Shown here: piece by piece, positions 7,133-15,404 of the stretch | How positions within the stretch are numbered: the first letter of the stretch is position 1 | Layout of the letters: each line of letters begins with the position of its first letter | Assembly (NCBI GenBank): GCA_040754495.1 | Contig: JBFMCO010000026.1 | Location: 1-18,939, forward strand | DNA from: Candidatus Micrarchaeota archaeon | GTDB lineage: Archaea; Micrarchaeota; Micrarchaeia; Anstonellales; Bilamarchaeaceae | DNA: 18,939 bases | Direction of reading: 5' to 3' | Program-made: the position numbers and the translations under genes | The notes under the pieces: generated by a model | The model's database searches: none | What the model saw: the letters and a program-made list of their open reading frames with translations, nothing else | What the model was told of the DNA's origin: nothing

Positions 7133-9325
7133 ATGGCAAGGAAGGAATTCGTAGTCGAGGAAGCCCAGAAGCTGATGGACAACATAGAGAATGTCAGGAA
7201 TGTCGCAATCATCGCGCACGTCGACCACGGGAAGACGACGCTGACGGACAGCCTCGTGGCGAGGGCCGGCCTAATCAGCAAGGAGCTTGCCGGCCAGCAG
7301 CGCGTCATGGACTTCGACGAGCAGGAAGCCGCCAGGGGAATCACCATCAAGTCGGCCAACATCTCGCTGGGCTTCAGCTATGACGGCAAGGATTATCTCG
7401 TCAACCTCATCGACACGCCGGGCCACGTGGATTTCGGATTCCACGTGGTGCGCGCGATGCGCGCGGTCGACGGCGTGTGCCTGGTCGTGGACGCGGTCGA
7501 GGGCGTGATGCCCCAGACCGAGACCAACCTGAGGCAGGCGCTCAAGGAGAGGGCCCAGCCGGTGCTTTTCATCAACAAGATAGACAGGCTGATAAACGAG
7601 CTGAAGTTCGACGCGGCCCAGATGCAGCAGAGGTTCGTCAAGATAATCACGCAGGTGAACAAGATTATAGACACCAACGCCCCGGAGGACAAGAAGGAGG
7701 CGTGGCTCATCAAGGTGGACCGGGGCAACGTTGCCTTCGGCACGGCGTTCAACAAGTGGGCGGTTTCCTATTCGTCCATGAAGAAGTTCAACATAGGCTT
7801 CAAGGACATCTACGACAAGTGCGCTAACGGCGAGCACGCATGGCTGGTCGAGCGCAGCCCGCTCGACGAGGTGCTCCTGGAGATGATAATCAAGCACCTC
7901 CCCAACCCGAAGACCGCCCAGCCCTACCGCATCCCGGTCCTGTGGAGGAACGGGGACCTGACGACCGAGGCCGGGAAGACGATGCTCGCGTGCGACAACA
8001 AGGCAAAGCCCATAGGGGTCTGCTTCGGCGTCGCTTATGACGAGCACGCAGGAGAGGTCGCGGTCGTGAGGCTGTTCTCCGGCAGCGTCGAGAAGGGGAC
8101 GACGCTGTACGTCCACTCGAAGAAGGATTACGCCAGGGTGCAGCAGGTCGGGATATACATGGGGCCGGACAGGGTGGCGGCTAATCGTGTCATCGCCGGG
8201 AACATCGGCGCTTTCGTCGGGCTCAAGGACGTCTATGTCGGCGAGACCATATGCGGGGAGCCGATAGAGCCTTTCGAGCAGATAAAGCACTATTCCGAGC
8301 CGGTCATCACCAAGTCGCTCGAAGTGAAGGAGCAGAAGGACCTGCCGAAGCTGATTGAAGCGCTGAGGTCCATCTCCAAGGAGGACCCGACCATCAAGAT
8401 TTCCCTCAACCAGGATACGGGCGAGCACCTTGTTAGCGGCAACGGCGAGCTGCACCTGGAAATCATAGAATACAAGATACAGGTCGAGAGGAAGATACCG
8501 ATTATAACGTCCCCGCCGATAGTCGTGTACAGGGAGGCTTTGCTCGGCAGGTCCCCGGTGGTCGAGGGCAAGTCGCCGAACAAGCACAACAGGCTCAAAG
8601 TGACCGTCGAGCCCCTCGAGCCCGAGATAATCAAGGCCATTGATGAGGGGGCGGTCAAGGAGGGGAGACCCAAGGGCAGGGAGGTATGGGAGAAGCTTGT
8701 CGAGCTCGGCATGGACCGGGAGGATGCGAGGAGCATCTACGACATCCACAACTCCAGCGTCTTCATAAACGACACCAAAGGCATCCAGAACCTGAACGAA
8801 TGCGAGGAGCTTCTCGTGCAGGGATTCGAGGAAGCGCTCGACCAGGGCCCTATGGCCAAGGAGAAGATGAGCGGGGTGAAGGTCAGGCTTGTCGATGCCA
8901 CCCTCCACGAGGATAACATACACCGCGGCCCGGCGCAGATGATTCCTGCGATAAAGAGGCCCATATACGCGGCCATGCTGATTGCTGGGGTGACGCTCCT
9001 TGAGCCGAAGCAGAAGGTGCTCATAAACACCCTGCAGGAGTACGCCGGCAACGTCATCACCCTCACGAACGGAAGGAGGGGGACGCTCGTCGGGATGGAG
9101 CAGGAGGGCGAGAACGCCGCAATCACCACGGTGCTCCCGGTGGCTGAGATGTTCGGATTCGCGAACGAGCTGCGCGGGGCCACGCAGGGCAGGGCCATCT
9201 GGTACCAGGAGTATGCCGGCTACAGCAGCATGCCCAAGGAGCTTGTCTCCAAGGTCGTGAAGCAGATACGCGAGCGCAAAGGCGAGAAGCCCGAGCCGCC
9301 CACGCCGGAATTCTTCATGGAATAG
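7133..9325 (+). CDS. fusA: Archaeal translation elongation factor 2 (aEF-2), 730 aa
   Basis: Motifs AHVDHGKTT, RGITIKSA, DTPGHVDF, NKID and GELHLEI; diphthamide loop LHEDNIHRGPAQ (His597, codon 8921-8923); FGFANELRGATQGRA. Confidence 0.98.
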   Translation: MARKEFVVEEAQKLMDNIENVRNVAIIAHVDHGKTTLTDSLVARAGLISKELAGQQRVMDFDEQEAARGITIKSANISLGFSYDGKDYLVNLIDTPGHVDFGFHVVRAMRAVDGVCLVVDAVEGVMPQTETNLRQALKERAQPVLFINKIDRLINELKFDAAQMQQRFVKIITQVNKIIDTNAPEDKKEAWLIKVDRGNVAFGTAFNKWAVSYSSMKKFNIGFKDIYDKCANGEHAWLVERSPLDEVLLEMIIKHLPNPKTAQPYRIPVLWRNGDLTTEAGKTMLACDNKAKPIGVCFGVAYDEHAGEVAVVRLFSGSVEKGTTLYVHSKKDYARVQQVGIYMGPDRVAANRVIAGNIGAFVGLKDVYVGETICGEPIEPFEQIKHYSEPVITKSLEVKEQKDLPKLIEALRSISKEDPTIKISLNQDTGEHLVSGNGELHLEIIEYKIQVERKIPIITSPPIVVYREALLGRSPVVEGKSPNKHNRLKVTVEPLEPEIIKAIDEGAVKEGRPKGREVWEKLVELGMDREDARSIYDIHNSSVFINDTKGIQNLNECEELLVQGFEEALDQGPMAKEKMSGVKVRLVDATLHEDNIHRGPAQMIPAIKRPIYAAMLIAGVTLLEPKQKVLINTLQEYAGNVITLTNGRRGTLVGMEQEGENAAITTVLPVAEMFGFANELRGATQGRAIWYQEYAGYSSMPKELVSKVVKQIRERKGEKPEPPTPEFFME

Positions 9326-9379
9326 TTTTTCTTTTCCATTCTAATCCTTTTTTAAACACTCTTTACCAAAGAATAAACC

Positions 9380-10102
9380 ATGCAGCAGGCTCTCGGCGAG
9401 CGGACGCTACGTTTCAGCAAAAAGCGATTTGGCAGGTTCAGCCCGGAAACCGAGCAGCCGGCGCGGGAGGCGGTATGCGCCCGCTCGGAGGCGGTAAAGG
9501 AGCTTCTTATTTCGTTCAGGAGGCTTGCATCCGGGGCGCAGGGTGCTTGCCATCGTGATTATGAACTTGCCAAGAGGCTTGCGGGCAGGGTGGGATACTC
9601 GAAAGATGATGTGCTGGGGCTTTCCGTGGCGCTTGCCGGCGAGGAGGACAGGCGCGGCTTCATCAGGCTTGCAGGGCTGTTTCTCAGCGCGTGCGTGCAA
9701 ACGGGCCGGGAAAGCGTATACACGATAAACACGCGGGGCTTCAGCCGGCCGCTGGAGGAACTAGGGTTCTGGAACAGGAAGACGATTATTATTGACGGGC
9801 CTTCAGGCGACAGGGCAGGCCGCCTCGCGAGGAAAGGCTCTCTGCTTGTGCTCAGGGAAGGAGCAGGGGATAATATCGGGCAGGACATGACCGGGGGGAC
9901 CATCATCGCAGAGGCCGGAGCCGGGGCGATGATTGGGCACTCGATGAAGAACGGCCTGATAATTGTGAAAGGCAACGCCGGGCGGCTGGCAGGTTTCGAC
10001 ATGCAGGGTGGCGAAATCAGGCTGGAAGGAAGCTGCGGGAGCATCAGCAGCACCGTGCTCAGCGGAAGGATAACGCACCTGGGCGTGCTGCTCGTGGAGT
10101 GA
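9380..10102 (+). CDS. Hypothetical protein with C-terminal GXGXG beta-helix repeats (FwdC / GltB C-terminal-like)
   Basis: 19-aa periodic repeats AGDNIGQDMTGGTIIAEAG / AGAMIGHSMKNGLIIVKGN / AGRLAGFDMQGGEIRLEGS. Helical N-terminus. TTTAAA at 9351-9356, about 26 nt before the ATG. Confidence 0.75.
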   Translation: MQQALGERTLRFSKKRFGRFSPETEQPAREAVCARSEAVKELLISFRRLASGAQGACHRDYELAKRLAGRVGYSKDDVLGLSVALAGEEDRRGFIRLAGLFLSACVQTGRESVYTINTRGFSRPLEELGFWNRKTIIIDGPSGDRAGRLARKGSLLVLREGAGDNIGQDMTGGTIIAEAGAGAMIGHSMKNGLIIVKGNAGRLAGFDMQGGEIRLEGSCGSISSTVLSGRITHLGVLLVE

Positions 10103-10104
10103 CG

Positions 10105-10431
10105 CTACCGCTTCTTCGACAGCTGCATCTCCACCCAGTTCCTCGCCTCGCCTTCGGCGACGGGCTCGACGAGGATGCCGCGCCGGGGCTTGCCCTTCTC
10201 GAAAAACACATAGGTGGGATAGCGCTCGACTCCGTACTTGTCGGCTATGGCCTCGAATTCCTCGGCATCCATCCTGTAGAATCCGGCCTTCCCGCTGAAT
10301 TCCGCCGCGAGCTTCTTCTCGTAGTCTAGGGAGCGCCAGCAGTCTCCGCACCATGAGGCGCAGAAGACTACTACGGCCGCTTCCTCTTTCTTCAGCGACA
10401 CAGCCGGGTCCTGGGTTAGCATCCGTGTCAT
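10105..10431 (-). CDS. Thioredoxin-family protein with a WCGDC active site
   Basis: FCASWCGDC, RMDAEE, YGVERYPTYVFF (cis-Pro motif); 108 aa. Confidence 0.88.
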   Translation of the reverse strand: MTRMLTQDPAVSLKKEEAAVVVFCASWCGDCWRSLDYEKKLAAEFSGKAGFYRMDAEEFEAIADKYGVERYPTYVFFEKGKPRRGILVEPVAEGEARNWVEMQLSKKR

Positions 10432-10483
10432 GCCGAGCCTTGGGTGGGGAAGGTATTTAACGCGTTTCGGCGATGAGGTTGCC

Positions 10484-11701
10484 GTGCTGATGCTTTACGA
10501 CACCCTCAGCCGGAAGAAAAAGCCCTTCCAGCCGGCCGGACGCGGCCCGGTCCGCATCTACACGTGCGGCCCCTCGGTTTACGCCTACTCGCACATAGGC
10601 AATTTCCGCACGTACCTATTCGAGGACGTCCTGGTGCGCTACCTGCGATACAAAGGCTTCGCAGTGAAGCGCGTGATGAACATCACCGACATCGAGGACA
10701 AGGCGATAGACGAGGCGAAGCGGGAGGGGAAGAGCCTGCAGGCGCTCCAGGAGGATAAGATAAAGGCGTTCTTCTCGGATGCCGATGCCCTCGGAATGAT
10801 GAGGCCGGACGTCATCGCGAAGGCGTCCGAGCACGTGCCGCAGATGGCGAATCTCGTTGGCAGGATTTGCTCGAGGGGCTATTGCAGGAGGGAGCGAGAT
10901 GGGATATATTTCGACGTGAGGAAATTCCGCAGGTACGGGGAGCTGAGCCGCCTCCGCAACAAAAAATACCTGGGGCCTGCGCGCAGGGACGACTATGCGC
11001 TGGAGGGCTTGTGGGATTTCAGGCTCTGGAAGTTCTGGACGCGCAGCGACGGCGATGCCAGCTGGGACAGCCCGTTCGGGAGAGGCAGGCCGGGCTGGCA
11101 CATCGAGTGCAGCGCGATGGCTATGCACCACCTCGGCCCCTCGATAGACATTCACTGCGGCGGGACGGACAATATATTCCCGCACCATGAAAACGAAATC
11201 GCCCAGAGCGAGAGCGCGACCAGGAAGACGTTCGCCCGGTTCTGGCTCCACGCGCGGCACCTCACGGTCGGGAAGAAAAAGATGTCGAAGAGGGCAGGGA
11301 ACGTCTTTTATGTAAGGCAGATACTCCGGGAGGGGGTGCATCCGGACTGCCTCAGGTTCTACCTGCTCTCCGAAAGATACCGCAGGCCGCTCGACTTCAC
11401 ATGGAAACGGTTCCAGGCGAAGGTCGCCACATGCGAGCGCACGACAAGGATTATCGAAGGGCTCAGGAAGGTGCGCACCCGGGGCGGCGGGGCGCTTGGA
11501 GCCAGAATCGCTGAAAATCTCCTCGAAGGGTTCGAGAGTGCCATGGACGACGACCTTGACACCCGCCGCGCTTTCAGGGGTATTTTCGCTGCATTCGAGG
11601 AGGCCGGGGATCTCTTAAAAGCCAGACTGCTCAGGAGAGGGGACGCAACGAAAATACTCGCGGCCATGGAGAGGATAAACCGCGTCTTCAATGTTCTCTA
11701 G
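10484..11701 (+). CDS. cysS: Cysteine-tRNA ligase-like protein lacking the C-terminal anticodon-reading subdomain (~405 aa)
   Basis: Motifs YTCGPSVY, HIGN, NITDIEDK, DFRLWK, RPGWHIECSAM, GGTDNIFPHHENE, KMSKRAGN and AMDDDLDT; ends at RVFNVL*. Start is GTG 10484 or ATG 10490 (GAGGT at 10475-10479). The symbol marks homology only; tRNA charging is unproven. Confidence 0.85.
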   Translation: MLMLYDTLSRKKKPFQPAGRGPVRIYTCGPSVYAYSHIGNFRTYLFEDVLVRYLRYKGFAVKRVMNITDIEDKAIDEAKREGKSLQALQEDKIKAFFSDADALGMMRPDVIAKASEHVPQMANLVGRICSRGYCRRERDGIYFDVRKFRRYGELSRLRNKKYLGPARRDDYALEGLWDFRLWKFWTRSDGDASWDSPFGRGRPGWHIECSAMAMHHLGPSIDIHCGGTDNIFPHHENEIAQSESATRKTFARFWLHARHLTVGKKKMSKRAGNVFYVRQILREGVHPDCLRFYLLSERYRRPLDFTWKRFQAKVATCERTTRIIEGLRKVRTRGGGALGARIAENLLEGFESAMDDDLDTRRAFRGIFAAFEEAGDLLKARLLRRGDATKILAAMERINRVFNVL

Positions 11702-12480
11702 CCTAATCTGGCAAGCTTGCCCGCCTTCCGCGCGCTCTCGTACATGTAGCCGTTGAAGAGGTACGCCGCCACGACCCAGAGGATGCTTGTCCCTGCGAGG
11801 ATGGCGATATCCGGGCTCCCGAGGCCCACGCTCGATTTCAGGAGCTCGAATGCCTGCGTGCTGGGAAGGAGCCGTATCAGCGGGACGAGCCAGGCCGGAT
11901 AGACGGCCTCTATCGAGAAATAGACGCCCGAGAGCAGCACGATGACGTCCGGCCAGATGAACGCGATGTTGAATGCCTCCTCCTTCATGTAATAGCCGAG
12001 GCCGAGAGTTACCAGCCCCATGGCGAACCCTATCATGGCGAAGAAGAACAATGCCGCAAGGAATATGCCCCAGTCAGGGACGACGAAGCCGTAGAGGGCG
12101 TAAGTCGCGACAAGGTATGTGATTATCACGAAAGCGGCCTTCCAGACGCCGCTCGCAGCCGTCCCGAGCGCGAACTCCAGCCTGCTTATGGGGGACATCA
12201 GCAGGTGGGGAAGGGATTTCGACCAGTATTCGTCCACGAACGAGCTGACCATCTCGAGGTTGAGGAAGTAAATCATCCTCCAGCCCATCATGCCGAGGAT
12301 TATCATGTTTATGTAGACGCGGTCCGAGCCGAGGTATGTCGCGAAGAAGGTCAGAGTGAACAGGAATATCATCGGCCATATCACGACGTCGGCGAGCCTG
12401 AACGTGTTGCGGCGCAGCATATGCACGCTCTTGTAGAGCATCGCGTATATCCGGCTCAGGCTCTCAAGCACCGGTCTCAC
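11698..12480 (-). CDS. ABC-2 type exporter permease
   Basis: About six hydrophobic segments, ABC-2 loop PHLLMSPISRLEFALG and LLPSTQAFE. GTG start overlaps the ATPase stop. Confidence 0.88.
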   Translation of the reverse strand: MRPVLESLSRIYAMLYKSVHMLRRNTFRLADVVIWPMIFLFTLTFFATYLGSDRVYINMIILGMMGWRMIYFLNLEMVSSFVDEYWSKSLPHLLMSPISRLEFALGTAASGVWKAAFVIITYLVATYALYGFVVPDWGIFLAALFFFAMIGFAMGLVTLGLGYYMKEEAFNIAFIWPDVIVLLSGVYFSIEAVYPAWLVPLIRLLPSTQAFELLKSSVGLGSPDIAILAGTSILWVVAAYLFNGYMYESARKAGKLARLG

Positions 12481-13447
12481 CCTCTTCGGCCATTTCCTTC
12501 CTTCTTCCCCTGGCCGATGGCTTCTTGTTTATCAGCTTCAGGTACGTCTCCTCTAGCGTGGGCTCCAGCGCGCTCACGTTGTATATCTCGGCTCCGGAAC
12601 CCGAAAGCGCCCGCATTATGTCCTTCATCCTGCGGTAGCTGTCCACGGAAACGTGCACGAGGCGGGGGGAATGCAGGGACGCCTTCACGCCGCCTATTCT
12701 CCCGAGGGCTTTCAGGACCGCATCCGAATCCGAGCAGTTGACTTCTATCACCCGCTCGCCGATTATCTTCTCCTTCAGCTCCGGCACGGTGCCGACATCC
12801 AGCACCTTTCCGTGGTTGATGAACGCGATGCGGTCGCAGAGCTCCTCGGCCTCGAACATGTTGTGCGTGGTCAGGAGGATGGTGCGGCCCTCCTTCCGCA
12901 GCCTCTTTATCATTTCCCGGATGCTTATCGCGGACTCGACGTCCAGCCCCACTGTCGGCTCGTCCATTATGAGGACCTTCGGCTCGCTGAGCAGGGCCTT
13001 TCCTATCTGGAATTTCTGCTTCATCCCGGCCGAGAAGTCCTCGACCTCGAGCTTCCGGGCGCCTTCCAGGCCGACGATGCGGAGCACCTCGTCTATTTTC
13101 GCCTTCGAGTCAGGAACGTTGTAAAGCAGGCAGTAGTAGGTGAGGGCTTCTTCGCAGGAGAGCGAGAACGGCACCCCGGTGAAGCCGGACATGACATTGA
13201 GGTTCTTCTGGACCTCCTTGGAGCGCTTAATGCAGTCCACGCCGCAGACGGACGCCTCGCCCGAGTCTGGCGAGAGGATGCCGGCGAGGATGCTGATGAG
13301 GGTTGTCTTGCCCGCGCCGTTCGGGCCGAGGAGGCCGAATATCTCGCCTTCCCGGATATCCAGCGCTGCCCCTTCCAGCGCCTTGATGGTTTGGCCTCCG
13401 CTGCGGTAGGTCTTGGAGACGCCCTTCACGGAGATGACGCATCGCAT
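12464..13447 (-). CDS. ABC transporter ATP-binding subunit (DrrA/CcmA-like export type)
   Basis: Walker A GPNGAGKT, signature FSAGMKQK, Walker B LIMDEPT, H-loop TTHN. Start moved to ATG 13447 (MRCVISV...), with TAATAAAT about 25 nt upstream. Confidence 0.93.
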   Translation of the reverse strand: MRCVISVKGVSKTYRSGGQTIKALEGAALDIREGEIFGLLGPNGAGKTTLISILAGILSPDSGEASVCGVDCIKRSKEVQKNLNVMSGFTGVPFSLSCEEALTYYCLLYNVPDSKAKIDEVLRIVGLEGARKLEVEDFSAGMKQKFQIGKALLSEPKVLIMDEPTVGLDVESAISIREMIKRLRKEGRTILLTTHNMFEAEELCDRIAFINHGKVLDVGTVPELKEKIIGERVIEVNCSDSDAVLKALGRIGGVKASLHSPRLVHVSVDSYRRMKDIMRALSGSGAEIYNVSALEPTLEETYLKLINKKPSARGRRKEMAEEGETGA

Positions 13448-13482
13448 GCAAGTGAGATTGGCGGCAGGATTTATTAGGCTGA

Positions 13483-13890
13483 CTAGTTCGCGAGCGCCGT
13501 CTCCTCGCGGAGTTCCCGGACAAGGCTGTCGCGGTGGATTTGCGTCGGCAGGCAGCCGGTCTCGAACACCAGCGACTGGAGCCGGGACAGCTGCCTTGCC
13601 AGGTAAAGGTTGTCCAGGCATGCAAGGCGCACGTCCTCGAAATCAGAAAACTGGGCGTAATGCTCGAAAAGACGCAGTATGCGCGGTGCTGCCTCGGCGT
13701 CGCTGTGGAGGAGGCAGAACGCCCCGAGCGTCCTCACCGCAGCGAGCCTCTCCCTGCTGCTCGGGCTGTCCAGGTCGTCGAACTTCTCCATGCAGCGTTC
13801 CCTGAGGCGCTCAGGCTCGGCGAGGCTGCCGCTCAGCCTCAGGAAAGCGTGGTGGAAAAAAGTCAGCCTGGAGCGCTGGATTATCATCAT
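13483..13890 (-). CDS. Small hypothetical protein with HEAT/ARM-like helical repeats
   Basis: Segments SPSSRERLAAVRTLG and FEDVRLACLDNL. Start ATG 13890 chosen because a TATA-like AT box (13913-13920) lies about 26 nt upstream. Confidence 0.55.
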   Translation of the reverse strand: MMIIQRSRLTFFHHAFLRLSGSLAEPERLRERCMEKFDDLDSPSSRERLAAVRTLGAFCLLHSDAEAAPRILRLFEHYAQFSDFEDVRLACLDNLYLARQLSRLQSLVFETGCLPTQIHRDSLVRELREETALAN

Positions 13891-13912
13891 GCATCCCAAC
13901 ATTTCCGCCGGA

Positions 13913-14599
13913 TTATTTATTTTTTGCCTCCTTACCAAGCCGGCCGAGCAGTTCTCCTATGTAGCCTTCGTAGCCCGGCACCTGCGAGCGGAGCGCCACA
14001 AGGCTGTCGGCGCATTTCAGCCTGAAGAGGGCGTCGATGCATCCTTTGCGGACGTCTTCATGCGGGGAGGTGGCCGCTTCCGCCTCGAAGAGGAGCACGA
14101 CGGCCCTTTTTGTCTTTCCCTCCGGGAGGCCGGCGCAGATGCGCTCGAGGCTCTCTATCGCCCCTGCATGCGCAGCATGGCCAGGAGCCCGCAGCGCCTC
14201 CATAGCCCATACGGCTCTTTCCCTCTCAGAAGGCGGCAGGCCATGCTCCTCATGGCTATCGTGGGGCGGAAGGGGGCCCTTCTGGATTAGGACATGCCTG
14301 GCCCGCTCGTCCTCGCCGCACATCTCCATGGCCGACACGCACGCCCGGCGGATTTCTGCCGAATCCGTGGACAGCGCCTTGTTCTCGAGGAGCGAGATTA
14401 TGGGGAGGCATCGCGGCGTGCCCCGGAATGCGAGTGCAATGTCCCCGAGGACGCTTATCGCGGCAACTGAGCGCTTCTCGTCCGGGCCGTCGAGCGCCTT
14501 GAAAAGCCCGGCCGCATCGTGGAGCCCGTCGGGCTCAAGGATGCCTGCCCTCCCCCGCGGAGGTTGGCTGCCGCTCCCGCTTCCTTTATGCCTGCGCAT
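13913..14599 (-). CDS. HEAT-repeat-like hypothetical protein
   Basis: Repeats DEKRSVAAISVLG, SAEIRRACVSAM, PSERERAVWAMEAL and HEDVRKGCIDAL. ATTATAAA (14630-14623) about 27 nt upstream. Confidence 0.65.
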   Translation of the reverse strand: MRRHKGSGSGSQPPRGRAGILEPDGLHDAAGLFKALDGPDEKRSVAAISVLGDIALAFRGTPRCLPIISLLENKALSTDSAEIRRACVSAMEMCGEDERARHVLIQKGPLPPHDSHEEHGLPPSERERAVWAMEALRAPGHAAHAGAIESLERICAGLPEGKTKRAVVLLFEAEAATSPHEDVRKGCIDALFRLKCADSLVALRSQVPGYEGYIGELLGRLGKEAKNK

Positions 14600-14663
14600 G
14601 CACTTTCATATAGTTGTTACAGTTTATAATTATGTATGATAAACACTCCTGCCGAACCCCGTA

Positions 14664-15404
14664 TCATTTCGAGAAGAACATGCCCTGGAGGCGCGCCGAG
14701 TGCCTGATTCCCCGGAATCCCGCTTCCTTCAGCCTCTTCTCGACCTCCCTGTCGATGCGCCTGCCGCGCCCCTTCCCGACCGAGCCCACATAATGGAAGA
14801 GCCTGGCGCCCTTCTTGCATACGCGGTGCAGGGCGGCGTAGAATGCGGACGAGTAGAGCTCGGGCGCGTGCGAGAAGCGCGGGGGGTCGTGGATGACGAA
14901 ATCGAACATGCAGTCATCGAAGCCCTCCACCAGCTCCGCCGCGCTGCCCTTCATGAGCACCATCTTGCCGTCCTTCTCGAAAAGCGGCACGCTGAAGGGG
15001 TTCCACTGCGCCAGCGTGACGACGGCATCCGAGACCTCGCATGTGACGACGAGCTTCACGCCCGGTTCCCTCGCCGCCGCGATGGCAGTGTAGCCGAGGC
15101 CCATGCACGTGTCGAGAACCACTGCGGCGCCCCGGCGGGGGATGCCGAGCCCGCGCACGACCTCTGCCGAGTAGTCCAGCGGCGTCCTGAAGTCCCGCGT
15201 AAGCTGCATCCGCAGGCCGTCTATCTCCAGCACCGGGACGCCGTTTTGGGGCCGGAGCTTGTAGTAATGCCCTGCGAACATGTCGAGCCTTACCTCGCCC
15301 CCCTCGGTCTGGGCGTACAGGAAATCGCCGTCGGTGGTGTAGGCCACCTTGCCATCGCGCAGGAAAAGTTCCCGCTTCGCTCCCTTCTTCATCCGGGCGG
15401 TCAT
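14664..15404 (-). CDS. SAM-dependent methyltransferase, predicted archaeal type (COG2521-like)
   Basis: Motif I LDTCMGLGYTAI, TCE (motif II), HDPPRFS, ELYSSAFY and LFHYVG. Confidence 0.85.
   Translation of the reverse strand: MTARMKKGAKRELFLRDGKVAYTTDGDFLYAQTEGGEVRLDMFAGHYYKLRPQNGVPVLEIDGLRMQLTRDFRTPLDYSAEVVRGLGIPRRGAAVVLDTCMGLGYTAIAAAREPGVKLVVTCEVSDAVVTLAQWNPFSVPLFEKDGKMVLMKGSAAELVEGFDDCMFDFVIHDPPRFSHAPELYSSAFYAALHRVCKKGARLFHYVGSVGKGRGRRIDREVEKRLKEAGFRGIRHSARLQGMFFSK

Noticed and set aside
7271-8923. 550-aa antisense ORF inside EF-2 (likewise 15446-16978, 4841-5779, 12653-13477, 3668-4408, 10616-11341, 1485-2315)
   Set aside because: These are shadow ORFs opposite well-supported genes. They are expected from GC-rich codon usage, which depletes stops on the antisense frame, and they show no recognisable motifs.
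8903-8945. Diphthamide-less EF-2 paralog
   Set aside because: The target His in LHEDNIHRGPAQ is intact (codon 8921-8923).
10484-11701. True MshC orthologue / mycothiol pathway
   Set aside because: The motifs (CGPSVY, HIGN, DFRLWK) are CysRS-like, and no mshA/B/D-like genes are in the window. Only the domain architecture is analogous.
13448-13621. 58-aa N-terminal extension of the ABC ATPase in the ORF track (also the 6875-6925 and 10430-10483 extensions)
   Set aside because: These extensions overlap a neighbouring gene or promoter DNA. Downstream starts fit the family N-termini and the TATA spacing.
13913-13938. Possible frameshift fusing the two HEAT-like ORFs at an A6 run (13920-13925)
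   Set aside because: The -1 frame stops immediately. A +1 shift would fuse them, but the AT-rich patch sits about 26 nt upstream of ATG 13890 like the other TATA boxes here, so two genes is simpler. A read-level indel check would settle it.
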